From: Octopus sinensis
Taxonomy: Eukaryota
Assembly (NCBI RefSeq): GCF_006345805.1
Contig: NC_042997.1
Location: forward strand, 102,424,001-102,488,000
Length of the DNA stretch: 64,000 nucleotides
Direction: 5' to 3'
Shown here: in pieces, positions 52,745 to 64,000 of the stretch
Layout of the letters: each line of letters begins with the position of its first letter
Position numbering within the stretch: the stretch's first letter is position 1
Notes under the pieces: model-generated
The model's input: only the letters and a program-made list of their open reading frames with translations
Databases searched by the model: none
What the model was told of the DNA's origin: nothing
Position numbers and translations under genes: made by a program

Positions 52745-53634
52745 ATATATAGAAAATAGTAAAAAGTGAAAAAACTACAGAAGGCTTGTTTTAAAAGGTT
52801 AAAAAATATATATTTGAGTCATTATGTCTGAAGAATGTTATAAATTTTTTTCATACAATGACATAGTTTTTGAAGAAATGATCGGTTTTGCGTTCAGCTT
52901 TTCAAATTTCTTACATCGTTATGTTTACGTTGAGAAGTGTGAAGAAAGAGTTCCAGATAAGGGGAGGTAATAAGTGATTTCTTCCGGTGTAAGGAAATCG
53001 CTTAATATTTTTTGCCTTTTTTTTGGAGTGAGTTTCTCTGTATAAGAATGTTGGAATGGTTAAGTTTGGGCTTGTATTTTCAATGAAGAATGTTTCCTTG
53101 TTTAGTCTAATTTGTGTTGGTGTTCCGATAGCACATTGGTAAAATGGAAAGATTAAAAATTGTGGTAGTAGTTGCTTTGCGCATTTCTCAATGTGCTCAC
53201 TAAAGGATATCATTCTGTATTCTGGGAATGCAATCTGTTGTCGATGCAGTGTGCATCTACGTCTGAGTGATAGTCCCATGGACCCCACGTAGTTTTGGTG
53301 GCAGCCCGAGCATTTTATGACATAAATTATGTTTTCAGAGAAACTCACTCCAAAAAAAGGCAAAAAATATTAAGCGATTATCTTCCTTACACCGGAAGAA
53401 ATCACTTATTACCTCCCCTTATCTGGAACTCTTTCTTCACACTTCTCAACGTAAACATAACGATGTAAGAAATTTGAAAAGCTGAACGCAAAACCAGTCA
53501 TTTCTTCAAAAACTATGTCATTGTATGAAAAAAATTTATAACATTCTTCAGACATAATGACTCAAATATATATTTTTTAACCTTTTAAAACAAGCCTTCT
53601 GTAGTTTTTTCACTTTTTACTATTTTCTATATAT
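52745..53634 (-). mobile_element. Penelope-like GIY-YIG endonuclease 3' fragment with inverted terminal arms
   Basis: ORF NIIYVIKCSGCHQNYVG...RRRCTLHRQQI...SEHIEKC...KETFFI. Arms 52745-53040 and 53336-53634 are near-perfect inverted copies. Confidence 0.88.
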
Positions 53635-53669
53635 TCAACCACGTGCTTTCACACACCAACTTTCTCACC

Positions 53670-53883
<214 letters not shown>

Positions 53884-56400
53884 TGTATGTATATAGGATA
53901 TATATGTGTGTGTGCGTGTCTTTGTGTCAGTGTTTGTCTCCCACCCCCATCTGACAATCTTGCTGGTGTGTTTACATCCTCATAGGTAAGTGGTTTGGCA
54001 AAAGAGACTGATAGGCTTAAAAAATGGGTCCAGGGGTAAATTTGTTTGACTAAAACTTTCAAGGTAGTGCCCCAGCTTGGCCACAGTCAAATGACTGAAA
54101 CAATATCATCATCATCATCATAAAAATTATTTAACGTCCACATTTCATGCTGGCATGGGTTTGATGATTTGACAGGAGCAGGCTAGCCAGAAGACTGCAC
54201 CAGACTCTAGTGTCTGTTCTGGCATGGTTTTTACAGCTGGATGCCCTTCCTAACACCAACACCCCCTGCAGAGCGGACTGAGTGTTTTTTACGTGGTACC
54301 AGCACAGGCAAGGTCAGTTTCGGTATGATTTTTACAGCTGCATGCTCTTCCAAACCCCAACCACATAACAGTGTGCACTGGATGCTTTTTATGTGGCACC
54401 AGCACTAGCAGGGTCACCAAGTAACTTGCAAGACAAAGATCCTATGAGAGGTCAGGAAACATTGGATGAGGTGATTTTGTGCCAGATGATGAAAGATTAG
54501 AGTGTGACAGACAGAAATGGGTGTCTTGCTGTAGAGCAGATATATGGTTACCCAACAAGAGAGAGAGAGAGAGAGAGCAGGAGAGAGATGGTGGCAAAGT
54601 TCCAGGGCACTTATATATATTCATATTTTTTTCTCTTAGTGACTTCTTTCACTTCCTCTGATGTGTTAAGGAAGACTGTTCTGTCATTCTTTGCTAAGTA
54701 CAGCTTAGTGTCACTCAGCAGTTTTGTGTCAACTTGACTTTTTCCATTTTCCAACAAGCTTGTGTGAAACTGTTTCCTTTCTGCTTAGAAAAAAGAATAG
54801 TTGCTGTTGTTTTATTGCTTGTGGAGGCAGTGGTGGTGCTTGTGTTGGACAGTGAAGGAGGTCATGCTTGCTTCATTCTGAATATACCATGCTCATCACT
54901 GCTGCTGTTTCTGTTTGTGTTGTTGTTTTTGCTATTGTTCTTGTTGTTGTTGCTGCTGCTGTCTGTGCTTTGTGTTTTGACCACATTGACCTGTGGTGTG
55001 AAGTAGTCAAGTAGTAGATCTTTTTATATAACTGGTCAGATTATTACTATTGGTTTCATGTCAACTATTGGACTTGGCAATAAAAGTGACTCCTCGGTCA
55101 GCTGACCTTACAGAATTTCAGTTTAGGGAGGATGATATCCAGTAGGTCTGATTCAAAGACCTCCAGTTCTTTGATTCTGGATTGGAATCTTCAAGATTTA
55201 ATGTTGTACATACTGAACACTGAGGGTGGTACTGCTTGGTCAGAGAAGTATAGAATTTCAGTTTCACTACGAAATTTGAGTTTGGTGATGTATGTGTGTG
55301 TGTTTGTGTGTGTTTGTATGTACCGTTGTCATAACATGGTGTGGTAGTTGTAGATAAACATTACTGTCACATAAGTGTGCCGATCAATCCCAGTTTTCCA
55401 TGATAGACATGTGGAAAATATTACCTTGCTCGGTCACAGGTGAGGGTTCGCAACAGAAATAATATCCAGACATAGAAAATGTACATCGACAAATTCCACC
55501 TGATTCATGCAAGCATGGAAATGTGGACATCCCCCCCCCAAAAAAAAGCTACGTTTGTTTGTCTACTAGCTTACATGTCTATCTACTTAGCCAACTATCT
55601 AGGTAACAATCCAACTTTCTATCTGTCTGTCCAACCATTTACCAATACATCATATCTATTTGTCCATCTGTCTATCTATCAGTCAATATATCTTTTCCTC
55701 ATTTGTTAATCAATTTACCTTTATACCTAACTAACTATTCAGCTATCTATCAAACTACTTATCCATTCCTCTGTCCATCATGCTTTTCTAGCTGTTTTAG
55801 TTTGTCCATTCCTCTATCTCACTAAACAATCAATTTATCAATCCATCAGAACTAAACTTAGACACAGGTGTGGCTGTGTGGTAAGAAGCTGGCAGAAACG
55901 TTAGCATGCTGGGCAAAATGCTTAGCAATATTTCATCTGCTGTTACGTTCTGAGTTCAAATTCTACCAAGGTCGACTTTGCCTTTCATCCTTTCGGGGTT
56001 AATAAATTAAGTGCCAGTTATGCACTAGGGTCAATGTAATCGACTTAATCCTTTTGTCTGTCCTTGTTTGTCTCCTCTGTGTTTAGCTCCTTGTGGGCAA
56101 TAAAGAAATAAGAAGCTTGCTTTCCAATGTGTGGCACATTGAACAAGTATATTCTACTACAAAAGCCTTCTAAGGGGATTTGGTAAATGGAAACTGGAAA
56201 AAGCATGTCATACACACACACACACACACACTCACATGCGCATAAATAAATTGCACTTCATATTCAAAGCTCTGATGAAGTTATAAGATGTTACCCAAGC
56301 ACTCAACTATGAATTCACTGCAACGTATAGCAGAAACAACTGTAAGCTAATGAAGTACACAAGATTATTCTTTTGTCATCTCATTTTCTTGTGTGTATGT

Positions 56401-56431
<31 letters not shown>

Positions 56432-56899
56432 CGCATGCAGGCATGCATGTGTGTGTGCCTTTGTGCCTGTGTTTGTCCTCTATTACTGCTTGACAACCAG
56501 TGTTGGTTTCTCCATGTTCCCATTTCACAGCAGTTTGGCAAAAAGAGTCAAACAGAATATGTACAAGACTTTAAAAAAAAATAAAGTTCTGGGGTCAATT
56601 TGCTCAAATAAACCCTTCAAGGTGATGCCCCAGTATGGCTGCAATCTAATGATTGAAACAAATAAAAGATTAAAGATATGAAGTTATTAAAAAATAAAAG
56701 CAAAAACACAAAGCTTATTAATCTATCAAATTGTCTGTCAGTCATTATACCCTAATCAAACCATTTGTTTGTCTACTTGTGAATGTGTCTTTGTTTTAAT
56801 AACATTGTATTTTCCTCCTTTTCCTGGCAAGAGGAAGCATACAATCAGTTTCACTGTTTCCCATCACCACTTTCATCATTACTTTTGAAATCATGACCA

Positions 56900-56902
56900 G
56901 AC

Positions 56903-56953
<51 letters not shown>

Positions 56954-57170
56954 GATGACCACATCTATTTCCCCACTACCACTATCACTAATAACTTATG
57001 ATGATAAACACATCATCACATCACTACCCTCACTACTCACAGATACTATCTCAATGCACCACCACCACCACCACCACCACCACCATCATCATCATAATCA
57101 TCCTTCTATCTTTTGCACACCATCATTACCACTACCACCACCACCACCACCACTGTCTCCATCACCACAC
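56900..57170. repeat. (CAT)n/(CAC)n trinucleotide repeat region
   Basis: Directly visible. It explains the poly-His/Pro/Thr ORFs. Confidence 0.9.
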
Positions 57171-57516
57171 TGACTCTTTGCCACTGTAAGGTCAGTATGT
57201 CCATATGTCCATCTTTCTCTATATTCATTTGTCCACATTTCTTCCCATCTCTCAACATATAAAGAAATACAACCTTGTTGCTGATTAATCCCTCGAAGGG
57301 CTCTGGATGAAACAGACTGCATTTCATTGGACTCACTGTTTCTAATTATATATATGCCACATACAAACATGTGATTCCACTCAGGGGTCATCAAATATAA
57401 TGGACAAGTGTTTAGGGTCACCAAATGTAATGTACAGATGTAGAGTCCTCAAGTCAGAATTATCAATTGTAGCGGAGAGATGAAAAGTTATTTGATGTAG
57501 AAATAGTGTTTCTTGT

Positions 57517-57921
57517 CCCACATTGGGGCACTATATGTAGATGGTCGAAAGTAGGATGAGACAGAGTAATAACAACATTGAAGAGAAAAGAATAATATTC
57601 ACAGATTTATTCGTTGGCTATGGTTAGTAAGACAGAGATAGTAGTAATTGTATAAAAGTTACAATGATACAACATGTTGCTCGTGTGCTCTTTGTGTGTT
57701 GGGCCAAGTTATGGTCTGCTGACAGAGAGGAAGAAAGAGTGTAAGAGTTGCATTGTCCCTTTTCATTTGGCCAATGCTTAACTCTGGGTTAGACAGCTGA
57801 AAGATATATACTCTCAGTTAGCCAGCCTGAAACCAAAGAGATAGAACTGAACCTTTCAATCAGTTATATAAGGTCAGAAAGTAGGTCAAACCTAAAACAA
57901 TGCATTGGCCTTTCCATGACC
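57517..57921 (-). mobile_element. Probable LTR followed by a degenerate primer-binding site
   Basis: The minus strand has TATATAA and AATAAA, ends ...CATCTACA, and is followed by TAGTGCCCCAATGTGGG, which resembles the TGGCGCCCAACGTGGG PBS. Confidence 0.4.
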
Positions 57922-58440
57922 ACCAAAGATCTTTGGAGATCAGGAGTTTCTCAATAATCTTCCAGCATAGAGATAAACACAAAGGACCTGGTTCCGCAAA
58001 AGAGACTGATAGAATAAGTACTAGGCTTACAAAGAATAAGTCCTGGGGTCGGTTTGCTCGACTAAAGGCGGTGCTCCAGCATGGCCAAAGTCAAATGACT
58101 GAAACAAGTAAAAGAGTCAAAGAGATTAAAGAGTAAATAGAGGAAAACAATCTGCTACATATATATATATATATATATATTATCGACCACACCTACTCAA
58201 TGTATGTGTTTTGCTTGTTCACCAGTTAGCAGTGGTACAGCGCTCTGGGAATGTCAACATCATGTACTTGAATCAAACTGGGGACAATCTGAATTGCCAG
58301 TGTGTAGGAACCATTTCTGGTATGGCACAATGATTCATATGTAAGATTAAATTAAACTACAAATTAGAAGCAGCTTTAGTGTTGTAAACACATAAACACA
58401 CCAACACTAGTTAAGCATTCATGGAGGACAAACACATACT

Positions 58441-58471
<31 letters not shown>

Positions 58472-58479
58472 GAACACAA

Positions 58480-59272
58480 AACTCTACTTGTGAAGACCTG
58501 TTGAGGCAAGTGAGGATCAGAATCGAAATCGATCAATGGAAATTGCAGCAGAGTTACCAGTGCCGGTGGCACGTAAGAGAACCATCCGAATGTGGCCGTT
58601 GCCAGCGCCGCCCAGACTGACCTTGTGCCGGTGGCACGTAAAAAGCACCATCCATTCGTGGCCGTTGCCAGCCTCGCCTGGCCCCCGTGCCGGTGACATG
58701 TAAAAAAAAACACCATCCGTTCGTGGAAGTTTGCCAGACTCGTCTGGCACCACCATCCATTCGTGACCGTTGCCAGCGCCACCCCGACTGGCCTCGTGCC
58801 GGTGGCACGTAAAAAGCACCATCCGTTTGTGGCCGTTGCCAGCCTCGCCTGGCCCCGTGCTGGTGGCACGTAAAAAGCACCATCCGTCCGTGGCCGTTTG
58901 CCAGACTCGTCTGGCACCACCATCCGTTCGTGACCGTTGCCAGCGCCACCCCGACTGGCCTCGTGCCGGTGGCACATAAAAAGCACCATCCGTTCGTGGC
59001 CGTTGCCAGCCTCGCCTGGCCCCGTGCTGGTGGCACGTAAAAAGCACCATCCGTCCGTGGCTGTTTGCCAGCTCCGTCTGGCACCTGTGCGGGTGGCACG
59101 TAAAAAGCACCCACTACACTCACGGAGTGGTTGGCGTTAGGAAGGGCATCCAGCCGTAGAAACACTGCCAGATCAGACTGGGCCTGATGCAGCCTTCTGG
59201 CTTCACAGACCCCAGTTGAACCGTCCAACCCATGCTAGCATGGAAAGTGGACGCTAAATGATGATGATGATG
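58480..59272 (+). mobile_element. (GAT)n-tailed short retroelement with an expanded internal tandem array
   Basis: 3' part GGCGTTAGGAAGGGCATCCAGC...CATGCTAGCATGGAAAG..GGACG..AAATGATGATG. Other copies lie near 6.5, 20.2, 25.5, 33.2, 44.1 and 54.1 kb. Confidence 0.8.
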
Positions 59273-59400
59273 ATATATATATTTTCGCATTCTGAAGAGA
59301 TTTTCTTCTTTGCTTTCAAATTAAATTAAAGGTATACCAGCAAAAACGACGAGTCTCCCCTTGTTATTATATCCATTTTCTTCTCGTATATATATATATA

Positions 59401-59796
59401 TCTTTATATATAAAAGTGAAGTTGTGTGTCTGTCTCCTACGATTTAGATTCCTAGCTACTCCCACATTCTGCGGTGCAGTTTAACCAAAACCGGGTATCT
59501 TATAGTCGTGATTCATATCAAGCCCTTCTGGGTATTAGCGCGCGTCTACGATGAGTCTACGATTTAGAAAAAAATTTACCATCATTTTTTTCCATTTTAA
59601 TGCATTTTTTCCCTATTATATAAGGGAAGTAACTCTCTAAAAATGTCTACGATGAGTCAACGAATTAAAAAAAATTTACCATCTTTTTTTTCCATTTTTA
59701 ATGCATTTTTTTGCTATTTTTTGGCTATAACTCTCTAAAAATGCTTATATAGTTATTTCCCTTACAAACCAGAGCAACGCCGGGTGATACTGCTAG
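59401..59796 (+). mobile_element. Non-autonomous Helitron
   Basis: A|TC...GAGCAACGCCGGGTGATACTGCTAG|T. Shares its 3' ~120 bp with the copy at 13044. Confidence 0.85.
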
Positions 59797-60385
59797 TATA
59801 TATATAAAATGGGCTTATCACAGTTTCTGTCTACCAAATCCACTCACAAGGCTTTGGTCAGCCCAAGGCTAGAGTAGAACTGAATGTGGAACCATGTGGT
59901 TGGGAAGCAAACTTCTTGCCACACAGTCACACCTGTAGCAATTGTCATCTTCATCATTATCATCATCATCTTCATTCTTTTATCATCCACTTTTCCATTA
60001 TCAATGGTACATGTTCAGCGTATCTGTTTTGTCTCTTCACTGCAGTTCAGTGCTCTGAGAATGTCTCTTATACCAGTGAGTGTCAAAACATCTGAAAGTG
60101 TCATAGACAGGTGAGACAAATTGCTTCCAGTCTAATCCAGGAGTGAAGGAGTGATGAATACTGATATTTCGCCATTTTTTTGGCACATGTGTGTGTGTGT
60201 GTGTGTGCGTGCGCATGCGCATGCGCGTGTGTGTGTGTGTGTATCTTTTATATTATACTTGTTTTAGTAATTATTCTGCAGCCATGCTGGGGCACTACCT
60301 TTAGCAATTTTAAACAAATGAATTGACCTAAGTACCTATTTTTTAAAATGAATTGACCTAAGTACCTATTTTTTAAAAACACACA

Positions 60386-60416
<31 letters not shown>

Positions 60417-60479
60417 TGCAGATACACATACAGCGGCTGTCGTTGGCTGTTCAAGTGCACATTATTAAATGGAAAAACA

Positions 60480-62847
60480 GCTAGTATGAATCACCATAAG
60501 ACATTTTTGAGTATAAATATATTGTTTATTTTGTGTTCAGCTTTTGTGGTGGAAGCATGTAGTATGATACAAAAACATTGCACTGAAAGAAGTAACATAT
60601 AATATTTATATTTACAGCATGTATGCATGTGTGTAATGAGAACAGTCATTTTGAGAATATGTAATAAGATATCTTCGTTTACAAACCATATATTTAGTGT
60701 TGAGGTGAATAGACATGTGAGTCGCACATAGGAGACTTGTGCGTCTCTGACCAGAACCTGGCAGGAACTGAGAACAAGGTGTTTTAGAACAAGGCTAGTG
60801 TATCACAACGAAGCTAGATGCCTCATCAATATATTCGTCTGTTGTGCCTCCTGCTAGACTTGAAAGAGTCGATAAAGAAAGTAGAGATGGCATGTGTAAA
60901 TATGCAGTGCAAAAAGCAGGTAAGAACATGGAATACAAACAGAAGGATGCAATACAACAAAAAATGAGAAACTGAAATGAAAAGGCAAAGCATAGTAAGG
61001 GTAAAGAGAATATGAACACAAAGAAATAAGCAAAATTTTCAAGTTGATTAGGTAAAGTTTGAAGCAATACTGTGAAGAACAAAACTGCATTGTTGGTGAT
61101 ATGTGTTGAAAAGTCTTTGCTAAGCTCACAAATAGTTCATTATAGTTCAGATGTGTATATGGGCCAATGTACACAGTGACTACAACAAATCATAGTGACA
61201 TATGTAGATGGCAGAGAGGTCGGTGTGTGTGGTGGTGTTGGTTGCAGTGGAATAGCATTTGTTTTATGTTGTACTGTGAATGTGGGAGGTGTATGAGGTG
61301 GTACTTTATCACTGTCTGCGTCTGCCCACTTAAGCCTGTCTATTGAGACAGTTTCCTTTTTTATCATTAATGTCTATGGTATATAGTTTGTCTGTGTGCG
61401 AGAGGATGCAATAGGAGTCCTGTGTATGGAGGTGTAAGAAGGGTTTTCACACCATCATCTCATAGAAACTCATGGGTCCAAGAATCAATGTCTTTTGGAA
61501 CTGATGATTTAGTGGTTTGGTGTCATGTTGACATGGGTGACAGTTCTTGCATGTACTTGCAAAGTCTGTGTATACATATAGTGTGGTCTTGTGTGGATAG
61601 ATCCACTGGGGCCAACATCTGGCCTGGCAATGAAAGAGGTGTGCCATAAACAAGTTCTGCTGGGGAATAACCGAGATCCTCCTTTATCGAGGCTCGACAG
61701 CCAAGAAGGACTATTGGAAGACATTCGCTCCAGTATTGCCGATCTGGGTAAGCACAAAAAGCAGCCTTCATTTGACAGTGGAATCATTCCACCATACCAT
61801 TGCATTGTGGATGGTAACTAGTGGTTCGAATCCAATGTACACCTATAGTCTTTGTGAGCTCATGGAAGAGTTGCAATTCAAACTGTTCTCCATGGTCAGT
61901 AGTGATGGTGGTAGGGACTCCGTACTGTGATATCCATCCTGTGAGAAAAGCTTTGGAAACAGATTCTGCAGTGATGTCTACTAAAGGAATAGCTTCAAGC
62001 CAAAATGTGAAATGATCAATGCAGATGAGCAGGTAGGTACATCCCTGGCTGTTTGGCCAAGATCCAACAAGGTCGATGTGTAATTGGTTGAAATGCACAT
62101 CTGGTATATTGAAGGTGCCAAGCGGTGCCCAGATGCACCTATGCACCTTTGACTTCTGACGGAAAAGGCAGGAGTGTGACCAAGCAGTGATGTCTCATCT
62201 CATATTTGGCCAAAAGAATCTAGCCAAAATGTGTTTCACTGTGATAGTGACACTAGGGTGTGACAGGTTATGCAATGTGCTGAAGACTGTTTGTCTGTGG
62301 GTCTCCAGAACAAAAGGACAAGGAGAATTCATGCAAGTATCGCACAAAATTTGCGTGTCAGATGTGGGTACTGGCAAGTACTTGAAGTTGCATGTGGCAA
62401 AGGCGGGTGAGTATATATCAATTGTCTCTAAGTGAGGTTGATCTTTAGCCAGGAGATGCAGGTCGATGTCTGTGGGTGACGACAGTGAATTCAGTGGTAG
62501 GTGCAATAAGGTGTCTGCTGCAGTATTATCAACACCAGAGATATGGTGGATGTCGGCAGTAAATTGGAAAATGAAATCCAAGTGTCTGGTTCCCCACGGA
62601 GAGTACTTGTCAGGCTTTGAGCACAGGGCAAAGGTGAGTGGAGAGTGGTCTGTAAAAATCATGAATTGGCATCCCTTGACTGTGTGCCAGAAATGTTTGA
62701 CTGCTAAATACATAGCTAACAACTCCCGTCCAAAAGTACTGTAGTGAGCTTCAGCTAGTTTAAGCTGCTGAGAGAAAAAGGCAAGAGGCTGGTGTTGTTG
62801 CTGGTGAAATTGTTGTAACACCATCCCTATGACTGTGTTGGATGTGT
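60480..62847 (-). mobile_element. Gypsy/Ty3 LTR retrotransposon 3' portion (RNase H, integrase, probable 3' LTR)
   Basis: PLAFFSQQL..YSTFGRELLAMY, HNLSHP, LHIDLVG, TTDHGEQFE, YHPQCNGMVE, TVSIDRLK. The LTR at about 60480-60843 is tentative. Confidence 0.9.
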
Positions 62848-62869
62848 AGTGATGCTACTGTGTAAGGTT

Positions 62870-64000
62870 CGTCGATACAGCACCTTTGATCGTGAGCTCC
62901 TAGCAATCTATCTATCGGTTCGTCATTTCCAGCATCAACTTGAAGGGCGAGATTTTGTGATCTATACGGATCACCAGCCCCTTATGTTTGCCCTGTGTTC
63001 AAAAACGGACAAACTCTCGCCTCGTGCTTTCCGGCACCTGGATTTTATCTCTCAATTCACTAGTAACATTCGACACATACCTGGAAAAGAGAACGTTCCT
63101 GCTGACGCTCTCTCTCGCCTTCCAGTCTGCACCCTTTCGTCTCCTGCTGCTATCGACTTAGCTGCCATCTTGCAGGAGCAGCCACCTTTGGCGTCGTTAG
63201 ACTTAACTTCTCCCAAGTTCTCCTGTTGCCAGTTTTCCGTCAGCCAAAGGCACCATACTTTGTGATACTTCCACTGGTTCTCCCAGGCCACTCGTGCCTG
63301 AGAATCATCAACACTCAGTGTTTGAAGCACTGCACTCCTTATCACATCCCGGCATCGCTACCACCCTTAAACTAATCACTGCTCGGTTTTTCTGGCCGAA
63401 TATGCGTCGCACTATTACTTCTTGGACACGCACCTGCTCCAAGTGTCAATGGTCCAAGATTCAACGGCACGTTCGTGCCCCGCTTGGACATTTTCCCCCC
63501 ACGGAGGCCCATTTTCGCCATGTCCACATCGATCTGGTTGGACCATGGCCTGTGAGTTGCGGGTTTTCTTATCTGTTAACTTGTGTCGATTGCTACTCCC
63601 ACTGGCCAGAAGCCATTCCGATAGCATACATTTCTGCTGAGACTGTTGCGCGAGCTTTCGTTTCAAACTGGATTTCCCGTTTCGGAGTCCCGTCCCGATT
63701 GACTACTGATCGTGGACGTCAGTTTGAAGCCTCGCTATTTCGCGAATTGTCATGCATTTTAGGTGTGCATCATATCCACACTACTAGCTATCACCCAGCG
63801 TCTAATGGATTAGTTGAATGGTTCCATAGACAGCTCAAGGCCGCTCTTCGTGCCTCTTCAGATCCACTGTCCTGGATTGAATTTCTGCCCATTGTGCTTC
63901 TCGGTTGTCGGACTGCTGTCAAGGCAGACCTGGGGTTTTCTGCTGCAGAGCTGCTGTATGGTACCACACTGGCATTGCCTGGTACGATGTTGGTGCCAGA
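62870..64000 (+). mobile_element. Second Gypsy/Ty3 pol fragment (RNase H, integrase), runs off the window
   Basis: RYSTFDRELLAIYLSVRHF, IPGKENVPADALSR, HSLSHPG, TTDRGRQFE, YHPASNGLVE. Confidence 0.92.

Noticed and set aside
58411-59228. Long overlapping ORFs (192-224 aa) and a CRISPR-like repeat/spacer appearance
   Set aside because: The ORFs arise from a stop-poor tandem repeat in a SINE. The 'spacers' recur, there are no cas genes, and the context is eukaryotic.

Overview
AT-rich, repeat-dense animal DNA whose SINE families and gene structure point to an octopus (inference; species not determinable here). One protein-coding gene is supported: BRAP (BRAP2/IMP; RING plus ZnF-UBP E3 ligase) on the minus strand. 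Its ATG is at 48654, and 12 coding exons with GT-AG boundaries and consistent phases run down to 464. About 95 codons, including the second half of the ZnF-UBP, are absent and probably lie in the 100-N gap at 3902-4001. The last exon lies beyond the window start. The rest is transposon-derived: Tc1, mariner and DD41D-like elements, a CxxH DDE transposase, two Helitrons, an R4/Dong LINE, other LINE remnants, two Gypsy pol fragments, Penelope-like fragments, MITEs, SINEs and microsatellites. The most notable feature is a young non-coding 362-bp tandem array at 8152-9255 in a BRAP intron. Each unit carries a minimal hammerhead ribozyme with a compensatory U3-A8 core at the tip of a long hairpin, and a second hammerhead-like motif spans the unit junctions. 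It resembles a Penelope pLTR or retrozyme. A separate decayed hammerhead lies next to an inverted-repeat-flanked GIY-YIG fragment at 52.6-53.6 kb. All calls were made by eye, with no database searches.
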